Positions 1 through 8,982 of a DNA stretch of 20,261 nucleotides are shown here, one piece after another; the first letter of the stretch is position 1; every line of letters begins with the position of its first letter. Source of the stretch: Fidelibacterota bacterium (GTDB taxonomy: Bacteria; Fidelibacterota; Fidelibacteria; Fidelibacterales; Fidelibacteraceae). Position numbers and translations under genes: made by a program. The stretch spans positions 1,280-21,540 of the forward strand of contig JAYEOX010000036.1 of the NCBI GenBank assembly GCA_034723415.1, given 5' to 3'. Below the pieces are notes generated by a model. The model was not told the origin of the DNA. It did not search any database and saw only the letters and a program-made list of their open reading frames with translations.

Positions 1-1
1 A

Positions 2-325
2 GAAATAATGAAAGAAATTCTCGAAATTGATGATGGAATTTGGCGGGGAATTGGGATAGTACCAAAATCAGAATTAAAGATCAGGAATAAATATTCAAAT
101 TATGATGCAGCGAAAAAATATAATATTAAGATTGAATACAAGGAAGATAAAAGCGGTTGCCGATGTGGAGATGTTTTAAAAGGCAATATTATTCCACCGG
201 AATGTCCACTTTTTGGAAATAGCTGTACACCTTCAAATCCTATTGGACCTTGTATGGTTTCTAGTGAGGGAAGTTGTGCTGCTTATTTTAAATACGAAAG
301 GAACAGTTCTCGCAAAGATAATTAA
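2..325 (+). CDS. hypD: Hydrogenase maturation protein HypD, C-terminal part (5'-truncated by window)
   Basis: C-terminal HypD signature GCRCGDVLKG...CPLFG..CTP..PIGPCMVSSEGSCAAYFKY. The frame is open to the window edge. Confidence 0.95.
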   Translation, partial: EIMKEILEIDDGIWRGIGIVPKSELKIRNKYSNYDAAKKYNIKIEYKEDKSGCRCGDVLKGNIIPPECPLFGNSCTPSNPIGPCMVSSEGSCAAYFKYERNSSRKDN

Positions 326-349
326 AATTTAAAACTCGCCAAGCATAGC

Positions 350-379
350 CACGAAAAAACACGAAAAAACACGAAAAAA
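350..379 (+). repeat. Three perfect tandem copies of CACGAAAAAA
   Basis: Read directly at 350-359, 360-369 and 370-379, between hypD and hypE. Confidence 0.9.
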
Positions 380-393
380 AAAGTGAAAATAAT

Positions 394-1377
394 ATGAAAG
401 ACAAAATAATCAGAATGGGACACGGAAGCGGAGCCGGACTCACAAGCGAACTTATAAAAGAAGTATTTGTAAAAAACTTCAAATTGCAATCTTTAGAAGA
501 TGGGGTTGAAATTGAAAATCGCATAGTTGTTTCCACCGATGCTCATGTTATTAGTCCGCTATTTTTTCCCGGCGGAAATATTGGTAAACTTGCAATTTCC
601 GGAACTGTAAACGATGTTTCAATGAAAGGAGCAATTCCAAGATATATTTTAATAACTTATATTATTGAAGAGGGATTCAAAATTTCCGACTTAAAAAAAA
701 TAACCAAATCGGTTCAAGAAGAAGCTGAAAAAGCCAATGTAAAAGTTATTGCCGGTGATACAAAAGTAGTTGAAAAAGGAAAAGCAGACGGACTTTATCT
801 CACTACAACGGGAATTGGATTTTTGCCAAAAGGAGTAAATTTAAATTCCAAAAAAATTAAAAATGGAAATAAAATTGTAATAAACGGTTCGCTTGGCGAT
901 CACACAATTTCAATAATTAATGCGAGAGAAAAAATGGAACTCTCACCTGCCCCATTAAGTGATTGTGCTTCATTAAATAGATTGGTTCAGACAATGTTAA
1001 AACATGGTAAAATAAATTTTTTGCGAGATATTACTCGTGGAGGGTTGGCAACAATATTAAATGAAGTAACCGATGAAACAAATCTCGGAATAATAATTGA
1101 AGAAAATAGAATTCCAATCAAGCAAAACATCTCTGCAGTTTGTGAACTTCTTGGTTTAGATCCACTTTATTTGGCAAATGAAGGAAAACTAGTTGGATTT
1201 ATAGAAAGCGATGAAACAGAATTAATTAATAAAATGAAAACAAATGAACTTGGAAAAGATTCTGCTGTAATCGGTAAAGTTACAGACGAAGTCAAAGGAG
1301 TTTTTATCAGGACTTCTATTGGTGGTTTGAGGCCCTTGATAATGCAAGATTCCGATCCGTTACCGAGGATATGTTAA
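394..1377 (+). CDS. hypE: Hydrogenase maturation carbamoyl dehydratase HypE
   Basis: GHGSG N-terminus, PLFFPGGNIGKLAISGTVND, GDTKVV, RDITRGGL, LANEGK and the invariant C-terminal PRIC. Confidence 0.97.
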   Translation: MKDKIIRMGHGSGAGLTSELIKEVFVKNFKLQSLEDGVEIENRIVVSTDAHVISPLFFPGGNIGKLAISGTVNDVSMKGAIPRYILITYIIEEGFKISDLKKITKSVQEEAEKANVKVIAGDTKVVEKGKADGLYLTTTGIGFLPKGVNLNSKKIKNGNKIVINGSLGDHTISIINAREKMELSPAPLSDCASLNRLVQTMLKHGKINFLRDITRGGLATILNEVTDETNLGIIIEENRIPIKQNISAVCELLGLDPLYLANEGKLVGFIESDETELINKMKTNELGKDSAVIGKVTDEVKGVFIRTSIGGLRPLIMQDSDPLPRIC

Positions 1378-1408
1378 GGTTAAGGTTGAGGTTGAGGTTG
1401 AAATTGAA
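1373..1408 (+). repeat. Hexamer tandem repeat (GTTGAG consensus, 6 units) overlapping the hypE stop
   Basis: gttaag gttaag gttgag gttgag gttgaa attgaa. Confidence 0.85.
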
Positions 1409-1414
1409 CCGTAT

Positions 1415-1441
1415 CCGTTCATTGAGCGGAGCCGAAATGAA
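1415..1441. repeat. REP-like small palindromic element
   Basis: TTCATT/AATGAA stem (1418-1423/1436-1441) enclosing GAGCGGAGCCGA, which contains a GC-GGA-GC mini-hairpin. GC-rich relative to the surrounding spacer. Confidence 0.5.
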
Positions 1442-1540
1442 AAAAAATAAAATCTCAATGAAATACACAAAAGAATACGAACCAAATTAAGAAATTTAGA
1501 AAAATGAAAAATAACAAAAAAAAACCAAGGACTTTTCATA

Positions 1541-1894
1541 ATGCACGAAGGAGCTATAACTCAATCAATATTTGATTCTGCAATAGAAATTAAAAAAAAA
1601 GAAAAATTGAAAAATATTTCAACAATTAAAATTGTTGTCGGAGAATATCATCAAATAGTAAAGGAAGTGATGTTTACCTATTTTGATATTATGAAATTAG
1701 AATATGACGGATTTGAAAAAGCAAAACTTGAAATGGAAAATGTTAAAGTGAATATTAAATGCAAATCTTGTGGTAAATCTTTCAACATTGACGATCCAAT
1801 TGTGATATGTCCGCACTGTCAATCATTTGAAACGGAAATAATTTCCGGTAAAGAACTTTATATTAAAACAATTACAGGTGAAATAAAAAAATAG
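1541..1894 (+). CDS. hypA: Hydrogenase nickel metallochaperone HypA
   Basis: N-terminal MHE nickel motif, two CxxC motifs (CKSC, CPHC), GKELYIK. Confidence 0.96.
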   Translation: MHEGAITQSIFDSAIEIKKKEKLKNISTIKIVVGEYHQIVKEVMFTYFDIMKLEYDGFEKAKLEMENVKVNIKCKSCGKSFNIDDPIVICPHCQSFETEIISGKELYIKTITGEIKK

Positions 1895-1902
1895 GAGTAA
1901 CT

Positions 1903-2619
1903 ATGTTCTCAACAGAACTATCGGTATTAATCCCAACAGCAGTAACAATCGCATTCTTGCATACAATTTTGGGACCGGATCATTATGTGCCATTTATCGC
2001 TATGGCAAGAGCTAGAAAATGGTCAATGATGAAAACAATTTGGACAACATTTTTTGCCGGAATAGGACATATAGTAGGATCAGTAGCTTTGGGTATGGTT
2101 GGAATTGTTTTCGGTTTGGCAATCAAAGAATTGAATGTTTTTGAATCATTTCAAGGGAATCTTGCCGCTTGGTCTCTCATTATTTTCGGACTTATTTATT
2201 TTGCTTGGGGAATGAAAAAAGCATTAAGAAATAAACCACATAAACATAAACATATTCATCAAAATGGAATTATACATGCACACGAACATATTCATCAAAA
2301 AGATCATTTGCATGTTCATGATTCACAAGAAAAAAAAGATATTACACCTTGGGTTTTATTTGCAATTTTCATCTTTGGTCCTTGTGAAGCATTAATTCCA
2401 ATTTTTATGTACACTGCATTAAATAATACCATCTTTAATTTAGTTATTGTTACCATTGTATTTGGTATTGTAACTATTGGAACTATGATAGGAACTGTTG
2501 TTGCTTCTTCATTTGGTATAAATTTTATTCCGGTAACTCGTTTTGAAAAATATACTCATGCAATAACTGGTGTAATTATTTCATTTTTAGGTATGGGAAT
2601 ATTGCTTTTGGGATTTTAA
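1903..2619 (+). CDS. Nickel/cobalt transporter (UreH/RcnA-like, His-rich loop)
   Basis: About six hydrophobic segments, HTILGPDH (HX5DH) motif, His-rich loop HKHKHIH...HAHEHIHQKDHLHVH, FGPCE motif. AGGAG RBS follows the hypA stop. Confidence 0.8.
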   Translation: MFSTELSVLIPTAVTIAFLHTILGPDHYVPFIAMARARKWSMMKTIWTTFFAGIGHIVGSVALGMVGIVFGLAIKELNVFESFQGNLAAWSLIIFGLIYFAWGMKKALRNKPHKHKHIHQNGIIHAHEHIHQKDHLHVHDSQEKKDITPWVLFAIFIFGPCEALIPIFMYTALNNTIFNLVIVTIVFGIVTIGTMIGTVVASSFGINFIPVTRFEKYTHAITGVIISFLGMGILLLGF

Positions 2620-2646
2620 AAACACTAACTTCATTAATTAACACAA

Positions 2647-2718
2647 ATTAAGGTTGAGATTGAGGTTGAGGTTGAGGCTGAGGTTGAGATTGAGGTTGAG
2701 ATTGAGGTTGAGATTGAG
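2647..2718 (+). repeat. Hexamer tandem repeat (G/A)TTGAG, 12 units
   Basis: attaag gttgag attgag gttgag gttgag gctgag gttgag attgag gttgag attgag gttgag attgag. Confidence 0.92.
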
Positions 2719-2771
2719 AGTTTGAATTTATGAACTTTTAAATTACATTCATGAAATATTTTTCAAATTCA

Positions 2772-4802
2772 TCATAAATATCCATTCTGTTTTCTAATTA
2801 TCCACTCAATAATTGATACAATAAATAGTAAAATTAATAATAATAAATTTGTTCTTGATATAAAATTATATTCCTTAAATGTTCTTTTTTTCTGTAAACG
2901 AATTTTATTGATTAGAGAATCAATAGCGGAACTTTTTACAAAAATACCATCATTATTATTTGATAATATTTTCATAGAAATATCATCACAACCGATAAAC
3001 TTCTCTTCTTTATTACTTTTTGTTACTTCAATAGTTGCAGTATCTGAACCCAAATAGATTTCATTTGCCAACAATTTTGATATTAATGTAAAATTACCTT
3101 CCATTTTAAATTTATAATTAAAATTGATTTCTTCTTTTTGTGGGCTAAAATATCTTCTTGATAATTCTGAATTTCTTTCGTCATATAATATACAAATTAC
3201 TTTAAGTGAATCTTTTTCATTATTTTGTGTTAAATTTAATTTTATTGGGGTATTTACATTTTCATATTTATCAATTTTGAAGATATTTTTTTCAATGTTT
3301 ATTATCTTTCTTTGATTTAAATTTATCAACCATTTCGCCATCCCATTTATTAATTTTGAATAATGTCCGCTCCACTGCTTATTATATGAAGCCAATTTCC
3401 ATCTCCAAATTTTAGTAATTGATAAATATATCGTATTACTCTTTTTATCCCAACTCATCAATGGTATTTCAGTATTTGTTTCAAATAAGATCATTTCACC
3501 TTTGATCTTATATCCACTCCAAATTACAGGTGGCAACTTTTTCCAATTAATAAACGATTTTGTTATTGACGGGTCAGTAAGAAGAAATGAAAAGTTTTCA
3601 TTGATGTTATAATCTTCAATATATTTTGTCGAATTTATTTTATCAAATTTTCTATAATTTTTAAAATCATTTGTTACAAAAAGTATCTTCGGAATATTTG
3701 AGTTTTTTAACCATTCATAACTTAGATCATTTTGCATATCCGGAAAACAAATAATCAAATCCGGTTCCCCATTCTCATTTTTTTCTATCCATTTCTCATC
3801 ACTATATAAATTGAAATCAGAATTTTCAGATAGAGCTAATTTCATAAATTTAATCTCCGGAGAAGGTATTTCATAACAAAATACAATATTATACTTTGAT
3901 TTTATAACATTAATGCTGTTTTTATTGTCAATTAAAATTAAAGTATCCTTATCTTTAGGAGAAAAATACCAGCTGACAATATAGTTTCCTTTTTTCAAAT
4001 TAGGGAATCGACTTTCCACAAAAATATTTCTATTTTGTAATATATTTACTTTATTAAAATTCCGTATTTTTTTATTTCCTATTTTATATTTTATTGTTCC
4101 ATCAATCTCATTTTTTCCATCATTCCTTAAATTCAATTTTATTATTGGATTCTCTCCCTCTTTAATAATATCCGGCTTTCCCATATTCACTAATTTGATC
4201 TTATCGGATATTTTTGTCTTACCAATTCCAATAGTAAAAATTTTAATATTATCTTGCATTAAAATATTTTCAAGTATTTTACCATAATGACTTTGCCCAT
4301 CTGATACAAGAAAAATAGAATTCAGATCTTTTCCCGAGTATTTTTCAACTACCGAGTTTAACATATTAGAAATATTTGTATGATCGCCAATAAAATCAAT
4401 ATTTTTTACTCTACGATAATTACTCCCTGTTAATTTATCATGACCAAAATAATGTTTAATATTTGCTTCCTCATCTATATTCTCATAAAATTTGGAATTC
4501 AAAATATTTTCAAATGATCTATCAATATCAATATTTTTTTCCATACTTTTTGAATCATCCCAAATAAAAGCAATATTTGGCTTTTCCATTACTATTTTTT
4601 TAATATTAATTTTTAAATTTAACAAAAATATTACAAATATTAAAAATGCTAATGTCCTGAAAATTATTATTAAATACCTATTTAACTTTGATATTTTAGA
4701 ATTTTTTAAAAATCTATATAACCAAAAAAAATAAATTAAAACAAAAAATGAAACTAATATATACAAATAAATGCTATTTGATAATTGTAAAGAAGTTGTC
4801 AT
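2772..4802 (-). CDS. Membrane-anchored VWA-domain protein
   Basis: Two N-terminal TM helices, MIDAS-like DDSKSM ... T ... VSDG, IFTIGIG, and a C-terminal TM ending EWIIRKQNGYL. Confidence 0.75.
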   Translation of the reverse strand: MTTSLQLSNSIYLYILVSFFVLIYFFWLYRFLKNSKISKLNRYLIIIFRTLAFLIFVIFLLNLKINIKKIVMEKPNIAFIWDDSKSMEKNIDIDRSFENILNSKFYENIDEEANIKHYFGHDKLTGSNYRRVKNIDFIGDHTNISNMLNSVVEKYSGKDLNSIFLVSDGQSHYGKILENILMQDNIKIFTIGIGKTKISDKIKLVNMGKPDIIKEGENPIIKLNLRNDGKNEIDGTIKYKIGNKKIRNFNKVNILQNRNIFVESRFPNLKKGNYIVSWYFSPKDKDTLILIDNKNSINVIKSKYNIVFCYEIPSPEIKFMKLALSENSDFNLYSDEKWIEKNENGEPDLIICFPDMQNDLSYEWLKNSNIPKILFVTNDFKNYRKFDKINSTKYIEDYNINENFSFLLTDPSITKSFINWKKLPPVIWSGYKIKGEMILFETNTEIPLMSWDKKSNTIYLSITKIWRWKLASYNKQWSGHYSKLINGMAKWLINLNQRKIINIEKNIFKIDKYENVNTPIKLNLTQNNEKDSLKVICILYDERNSELSRRYFSPQKEEINFNYKFKMEGNFTLISKLLANEIYLGSDTATIEVTKSNKEEKFIGCDDISMKILSNNNDGIFVKSSAIDSLINKIRLQKKRTFKEYNFISRTNLLLLILLFIVSIIEWIIRKQNGYL

Positions 4803-4813
4803 TTTATATTTTA

Positions 4814-5833
4814 TTATTTATAACTAATCAATTTTAAATTTGGAACTGCATTAATATTTAGATCAGAAAACCAACCATTTCTGTAATATAATACTCCGGT
4901 TGCCCCAATCATAGCGGCATTGTCAGTGCAATATTCTAAAGGTGGATAATATAAATTCATATTTTCTTCTTTAGAAATATTTTCCATTTTCTCTCTAAGT
5001 CTGCTATTTGCTGCAACTCCACCTGCTAAAACAACATTTTTATGTTTTGTTTTTTTAACTGCTCTTAATATCTTTTCACTTAACACATCTACTACAGCAG
5101 CTTGGAAACTTGCAACAATATCATTAACTGTCTTTTTATCAGTTATAGGATTATTATTTACATAATTCAAAACAGATGTTTTTAATCCACTAAAACTAAA
5201 ATCTAAAGAATTCTTTCCAAGATATGCTCTTGGAAATTTAACATAACTGTCGTTTCCATTTTTAGACATTTTATCAATTATCGGTCCACCGGGATAACCG
5301 ATCTTTAGTAATCTTGCTACTTTATCAAATGACTCTCCCGCTGCATCATCAAGTGTCTGACCTAAAATCTTAAATTTTTTTATACCTTGAACATCAATTA
5401 ACATCGTATGACCACCGGAAACCAACAGACACAAAAATGGTGGTTTTAATTCAGAATATTCAAGCATTGGTGCATATAAATGGCTCTCAATATGATTTAC
5501 TGCAATAAACGTTTTTTTTAATGAAAGAGCTAAACCTTTTGCAAAGTTCAATCCCACCAATAATGCTCCCATTAATCCCGGACCATAAGTAACAGCAATT
5601 CCATCTAATTCGTCAAATGAAATGTTACTGTCTGAAATTGCTTTTTCAACAATCCGGGGAATGACCTTCAAATGTTCTCTGCTTGCAAGTTCCGGGACAA
5701 CTCCACCATATTTCTTATGAATTATTTGAGAATAAATAATATGTGATTTAACCTCAAAACCTTTTAAAACAGCAGCACTTGTTTCATCACAAGATGACTC
5801 AATCCCTAATATTATCGGATTATTTTTTTTCAA
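4814..5833 (-). CDS. tsaD: tRNA N6-threonylcarbamoyladenosine transferase TsaD
   Basis: ILGIESSCDET, GGVVPELASREH, GPGLMGAL, NHIESH, LLVSGGHT, DDAAGESFDK, FSFSGLKT, CTDNAAMI. TTG at 5833 is preferred (GAGGT 5 nt upstream) over the ORF-track start at 5845. Confidence 0.96.
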   Translation of the reverse strand: MKKNNPIILGIESSCDETSAAVLKGFEVKSHIIYSQIIHKKYGGVVPELASREHLKVIPRIVEKAISDSNISFDELDGIAVTYGPGLMGALLVGLNFAKGLALSLKKTFIAVNHIESHLYAPMLEYSELKPPFLCLLVSGGHTMLIDVQGIKKFKILGQTLDDAAGESFDKVARLLKIGYPGGPIIDKMSKNGNDSYVKFPRAYLGKNSLDFSFSGLKTSVLNYVNNNPITDKKTVNDIVASFQAAVVDVLSEKILRAVKKTKHKNVVLAGGVAANSRLREKMENISKEENMNLYYPPLEYCTDNAAMIGATGVLYYRNGWFSDLNINAVPNLKLISYK

Positions 5834-6773
5834 ATATAACCTCAATATTTTTAGGTATTATTTCTTTATATTTAATTACATTATCAGGAATTATAACAAT
5901 AGGTTTATAATAGATCTTATTTGGCATCCATTGTTTTGAATAATCAAAAATAACTTTAAATTCTCTACTTGTAAGATCTTGAATTTGATCGTTCCCTCCA
6001 ATGACATTTAATGAAACTGTTTTAGGGACAAATCTAACCTTAAAATTTTGAGGAATATTCTTACCTTGAACAATAATATCTGAAATATTTTTTTCTCCGA
6101 TTATTTCAACTTTTCCTTTTACTCTTATTGTTTTACTTTCTAATTTTAACAATTCCGGTCTAGGATTTACAAGTTCTATTTCTTTATTAACAGACATGTC
6201 AACATCACCCAATAGCAACTGTTCTGTATCAATAGTATCTAAATTATCTATGATACTTTTTGGACCGCTCACATTGATCCGATCTTTCGACATTGTAATA
6301 GATTCACTAAATGTATATCCGGGTTTTAGTTCTATTTTACTATTTAATCTAACTTGAATTTTTTTAGAAATTTTTTCATCTAATTGAATATCAATTGAAT
6401 CGGGGTAAACAATATCTAATAACTTAATATTTTTCTTTGGCAAATAAATACAATCCGGATGCTCTGTAAAATATTCATTAAGTGCAAGACCACCATTTTT
6501 ATCAATTAAGCTAATATCTAATATTAATTTAGCTCTTTCAAAATATTTTGCGATCATCAAACTTCTTCCGGATCCGTATAACCTTACAGATACTTTTTCA
6601 GGAATATTACTTTTTAAGATCTTATTTGAAATTGGATTATATTCTTCAATAGGAATTTCAAGTAAAATAGTATATTCAAAACCGCTAACAATAAATATCC
6701 ATAGTACTATAGCCATTAAAAGAGCCACGATCTTACTTAAAATATTTTTCTTATAAATAGTATTTTTTTTCAT
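5820..6773 (-). CDS. YbbR/CdaR-like domain protein
   Basis: N-terminal anchor KIVALLMAIVLWIFI followed by repeated beta-rich YbbR-like units (PEKVSVRLYG, INVSGPKSII, PKTVSLNVIG). Confidence 0.8.
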   Translation of the reverse strand: MKKNTIYKKNILSKIVALLMAIVLWIFIVSGFEYTILLEIPIEEYNPISNKILKSNIPEKVSVRLYGSGRSLMIAKYFERAKLILDISLIDKNGGLALNEYFTEHPDCIYLPKKNIKLLDIVYPDSIDIQLDEKISKKIQVRLNSKIELKPGYTFSESITMSKDRINVSGPKSIIDNLDTIDTEQLLLGDVDMSVNKEIELVNPRPELLKLESKTIRVKGKVEIIGEKNISDIIVQGKNIPQNFKVRFVPKTVSLNVIGGNDQIQDLTSREFKVIFDYSKQWMPNKIYYKPIVIIPDNVIKYKEIIPKNIEVIFEKK

Positions 6774-6827
6774 AGTTAAAAGTTAAAGTATTTTTTTAAA
6801 AAATAAAATTAATTATTGAATAATATT

Positions 6828-6857
6828 AAAAAAGGGGCATAAATATCCCCTTTTTTT
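6828..6857 (-). terminator. Intrinsic terminator after rpsA (potentially bidirectional)
   Basis: AAAAAAGGGGCAT-AAAT-ATCCCCTTTTTTT: GGGG/CCCC stem flanked by A and T tracts, about 30 nt downstream of the stop. Confidence 0.75.
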
Positions 6858-6888
6858 ATCTAAATTCAGCATTTTAAAATTACTATTT

Positions 6889-8982
6889 CTATTTCTCTTC
6901 TTTTTCATCCTTTTTTGTACTTGAATCAACATCTTTTTTAGAAGATTTCTTAGAAGAATCTACCTTTGTTTTTTTCTCTTTTGTGGTAGTTGTCTTTTTT
7001 GTAATTTTCTTTTCATCAGTTTTCTTTTTTGTAGTTTTCTTTTTATCAATCTTCTTTTCAGAAGGTTTCTCTTTAGAAGTTTCCTCTTTAGAAGTTTTTT
7101 CAGAAGCTTCATCTTTATTTGATTTTTCTTCTTTATCTACTTTCTTTTTGGTTTTATTATCTACTTCCTTAGGTTTACTTTTTTCATCTTTGATTTTAGA
7201 TTTAACATCATTCGAAATTTCAATTTTTTGAGTAGCACTTTCTTGTTTTCCCACTATTTTCGCAACATCTCTCTCTTCTTCACTTAGATTTAAATCATCT
7301 CTTGATAAGACAATTTTGTTATCGTCTTGATTCAATTCAACTACTCTTAATTCTAATTCCTCGCCAATTTTAATATTTTTAGTTAGCTTACGTTTTTTAG
7401 AGTGGGGAATTGAATATAATGGTACTATTGCTTCAACCATAGGTTCAGGTAAATCCAGAATAATTCCTTTTTCCAGAATTTTAATAACCTTTGCTTTCAC
7501 AATTGAACCTTTTTTATATTTAGCAATAATTTCATTCCAAGGGTTTTCTTTAAGTTGTTTATATCCAAGAGATATTTTTTTATTTTCAACATCAATATGT
7601 AGAATTTTTACTTCTATTTCATCTCCGTTTGCAAACATCTCTTTGGGATGTTTAATTCTCTTCATCCAAGCCATATCCGAAATATGCAATAATCCATCAA
7701 TTCCATTCTTTAATTCAACAAAAGCTCCATAATGAGTCAAATTGCGAACTATTCCTTTAACTATCATTCCTTCCGAAAATATTTCTTCTATTGATTCCCA
7801 TGGATTAGGTGTTAACTGTTTAACTCCAAAGGATATTTTTCTCTCTTCTGGATTTATTGACAACACTTTAGCCTTAATCATATCACCCATAGAAAATAGT
7901 TCTGATGGATGTTTAATCTGTTGAGTCCAACTCATTTCACTAATATGAACTAATCCTTCAATTCCCTCTTCTAATTCAATAAAAACACCATAATTAGTTA
8001 TTGAAACAACTTTTCCTTCTACTTCAGATCCAACAGGATATTTTTCCTCAATATTTTCCCAAGGATGTGAAGTTAACTGTTTTAGTCCTAAAGAAACTCT
8101 CTGTTTTTCTGTATCATAATCAATTACCTTTACTTCAATGACATCACCAATATTACATACCTCAGACGGATGATTCACTCTCCCCCATGACATATCGGTA
8201 ATATGCAACAAGCCGTCAACTCCACCTAAATCAATAAATGCACCAAAGTCAGTAATATTTTTAACTTTACCTTTTATAACTTGATCAACTTGAATTTGAC
8301 TTAACAATTCTTCTCGTACTTCTTTTAAAGAATCAACTAATATTTCTTTATGACTAATTACTATATTTTTACGAGCTTCATTTATATTTACGATTTTGAA
8401 ATCCATTGTTTTACCAACATATGAATCAAAATCAACAACAGGATTAACATCAATTTGCGAACCGGGTAAAAACGTATCTACACCAAATACATCTACGATC
8501 ATTCCACCTTTTATTCGTTTTTTGATCTCTCCTTCTATTATTTCATCATTCTCATATTTATCTTTAAGATCATCCCATGCCTTAAGAAAATCTGCTTTCC
8601 TTTTTGATAGAATTAACTGACCATCTTCGTCTTCTAATTTTTCTACAAAAACTACTATTTCATCTCCAGGCTCCGGAATATTTTTTCTAAATTCATCTAT
8701 CGAAATTATTCCTTCCGATTTAAAACCAATATCTACATATACATCTTTTTCACCTATACGAATCACATGCCCATTAACAACATCATCGTTATCAAATTTT
8801 TTCAATGTTCTTGAATAAATATTAATTACTTCTTCATCCTCTTCAGGTAATTTTTCTTCTAATTCGTCTCTTTCAAGTGTTTTAAGATTATCATAAACAT
8901 CACCAGTATTAATTTTTTCTGCCTCAGATACTGGAATTTCCTGAGGGTTTTGTTCTACATTTTCATTCAATTCTTCGACCAT
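6889..8982 (-). CDS. rpsA: 30S ribosomal protein S1 (nested in-frame start) with Lys-rich C-terminal tail
   Basis: S1 repeats (VDIGFKSEG, FLPGSQID, FGAFIDLGGVDGLLHITDMSW, YGVFIELEEGIEGLVHISEMSW). GGAGG (8994-8990) lies 7 nt upstream of the in-frame ATG at 8982. Confidence 0.9.
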   Translation of the reverse strand: MVEELNENVEQNPQEIPVSEAEKINTGDVYDNLKTLERDELEEKLPEEDEEVINIYSRTLKKFDNDDVVNGHVIRIGEKDVYVDIGFKSEGIISIDEFRKNIPEPGDEIVVFVEKLEDEDGQLILSKRKADFLKAWDDLKDKYENDEIIEGEIKKRIKGGMIVDVFGVDTFLPGSQIDVNPVVDFDSYVGKTMDFKIVNINEARKNIVISHKEILVDSLKEVREELLSQIQVDQVIKGKVKNITDFGAFIDLGGVDGLLHITDMSWGRVNHPSEVCNIGDVIEVKVIDYDTEKQRVSLGLKQLTSHPWENIEEKYPVGSEVEGKVVSITNYGVFIELEEGIEGLVHISEMSWTQQIKHPSELFSMGDMIKAKVLSINPEERKISFGVKQLTPNPWESIEEIFSEGMIVKGIVRNLTHYGAFVELKNGIDGLLHISDMAWMKRIKHPKEMFANGDEIEVKILHIDVENKKISLGYKQLKENPWNEIIAKYKKGSIVKAKVIKILEKGIILDLPEPMVEAIVPLYSIPHSKKRKLTKNIKIGEELELRVVELNQDDNKIVLSRDDLNLSEEERDVAKIVGKQESATQKIEISNDVKSKIKDEKSKPKEVDNKTKKKVDKEEKSNKDEASEKTSKEETSKEKPSEKKIDKKKTTKKKTDEKKITKKTTTTKEKKTKVDSSKKSSKKDVDSSTKKDEKEEK

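Noticed and set aside
288..536. 82-aa minus-strand ORF
   Set aside because: Antisense to hypE/hypD and runs through the CACGAAAAAA repeat; shadow ORF.
1458..1490. Mini-ORF MKYTKEYEPN upstream of hypA as a leader peptide
   Set aside because: No SD or attenuator. Better explained as a degenerate CACGAA-type repeat.
350..2718. Repeats as a CRISPR array
   Set aside because: Units are 6-10 nt and contiguous, with no unique spacers and no cas genes.
3124..8620. Plus-strand ORFs 3124, 4492, 6983, 7742 and 8396
   Set aside because: Antisense shadows of the VWA gene and rpsA. The apparent hydrophobicity of 6983-7231 simply mirrors the Lys/Glu-rich S1 tail.
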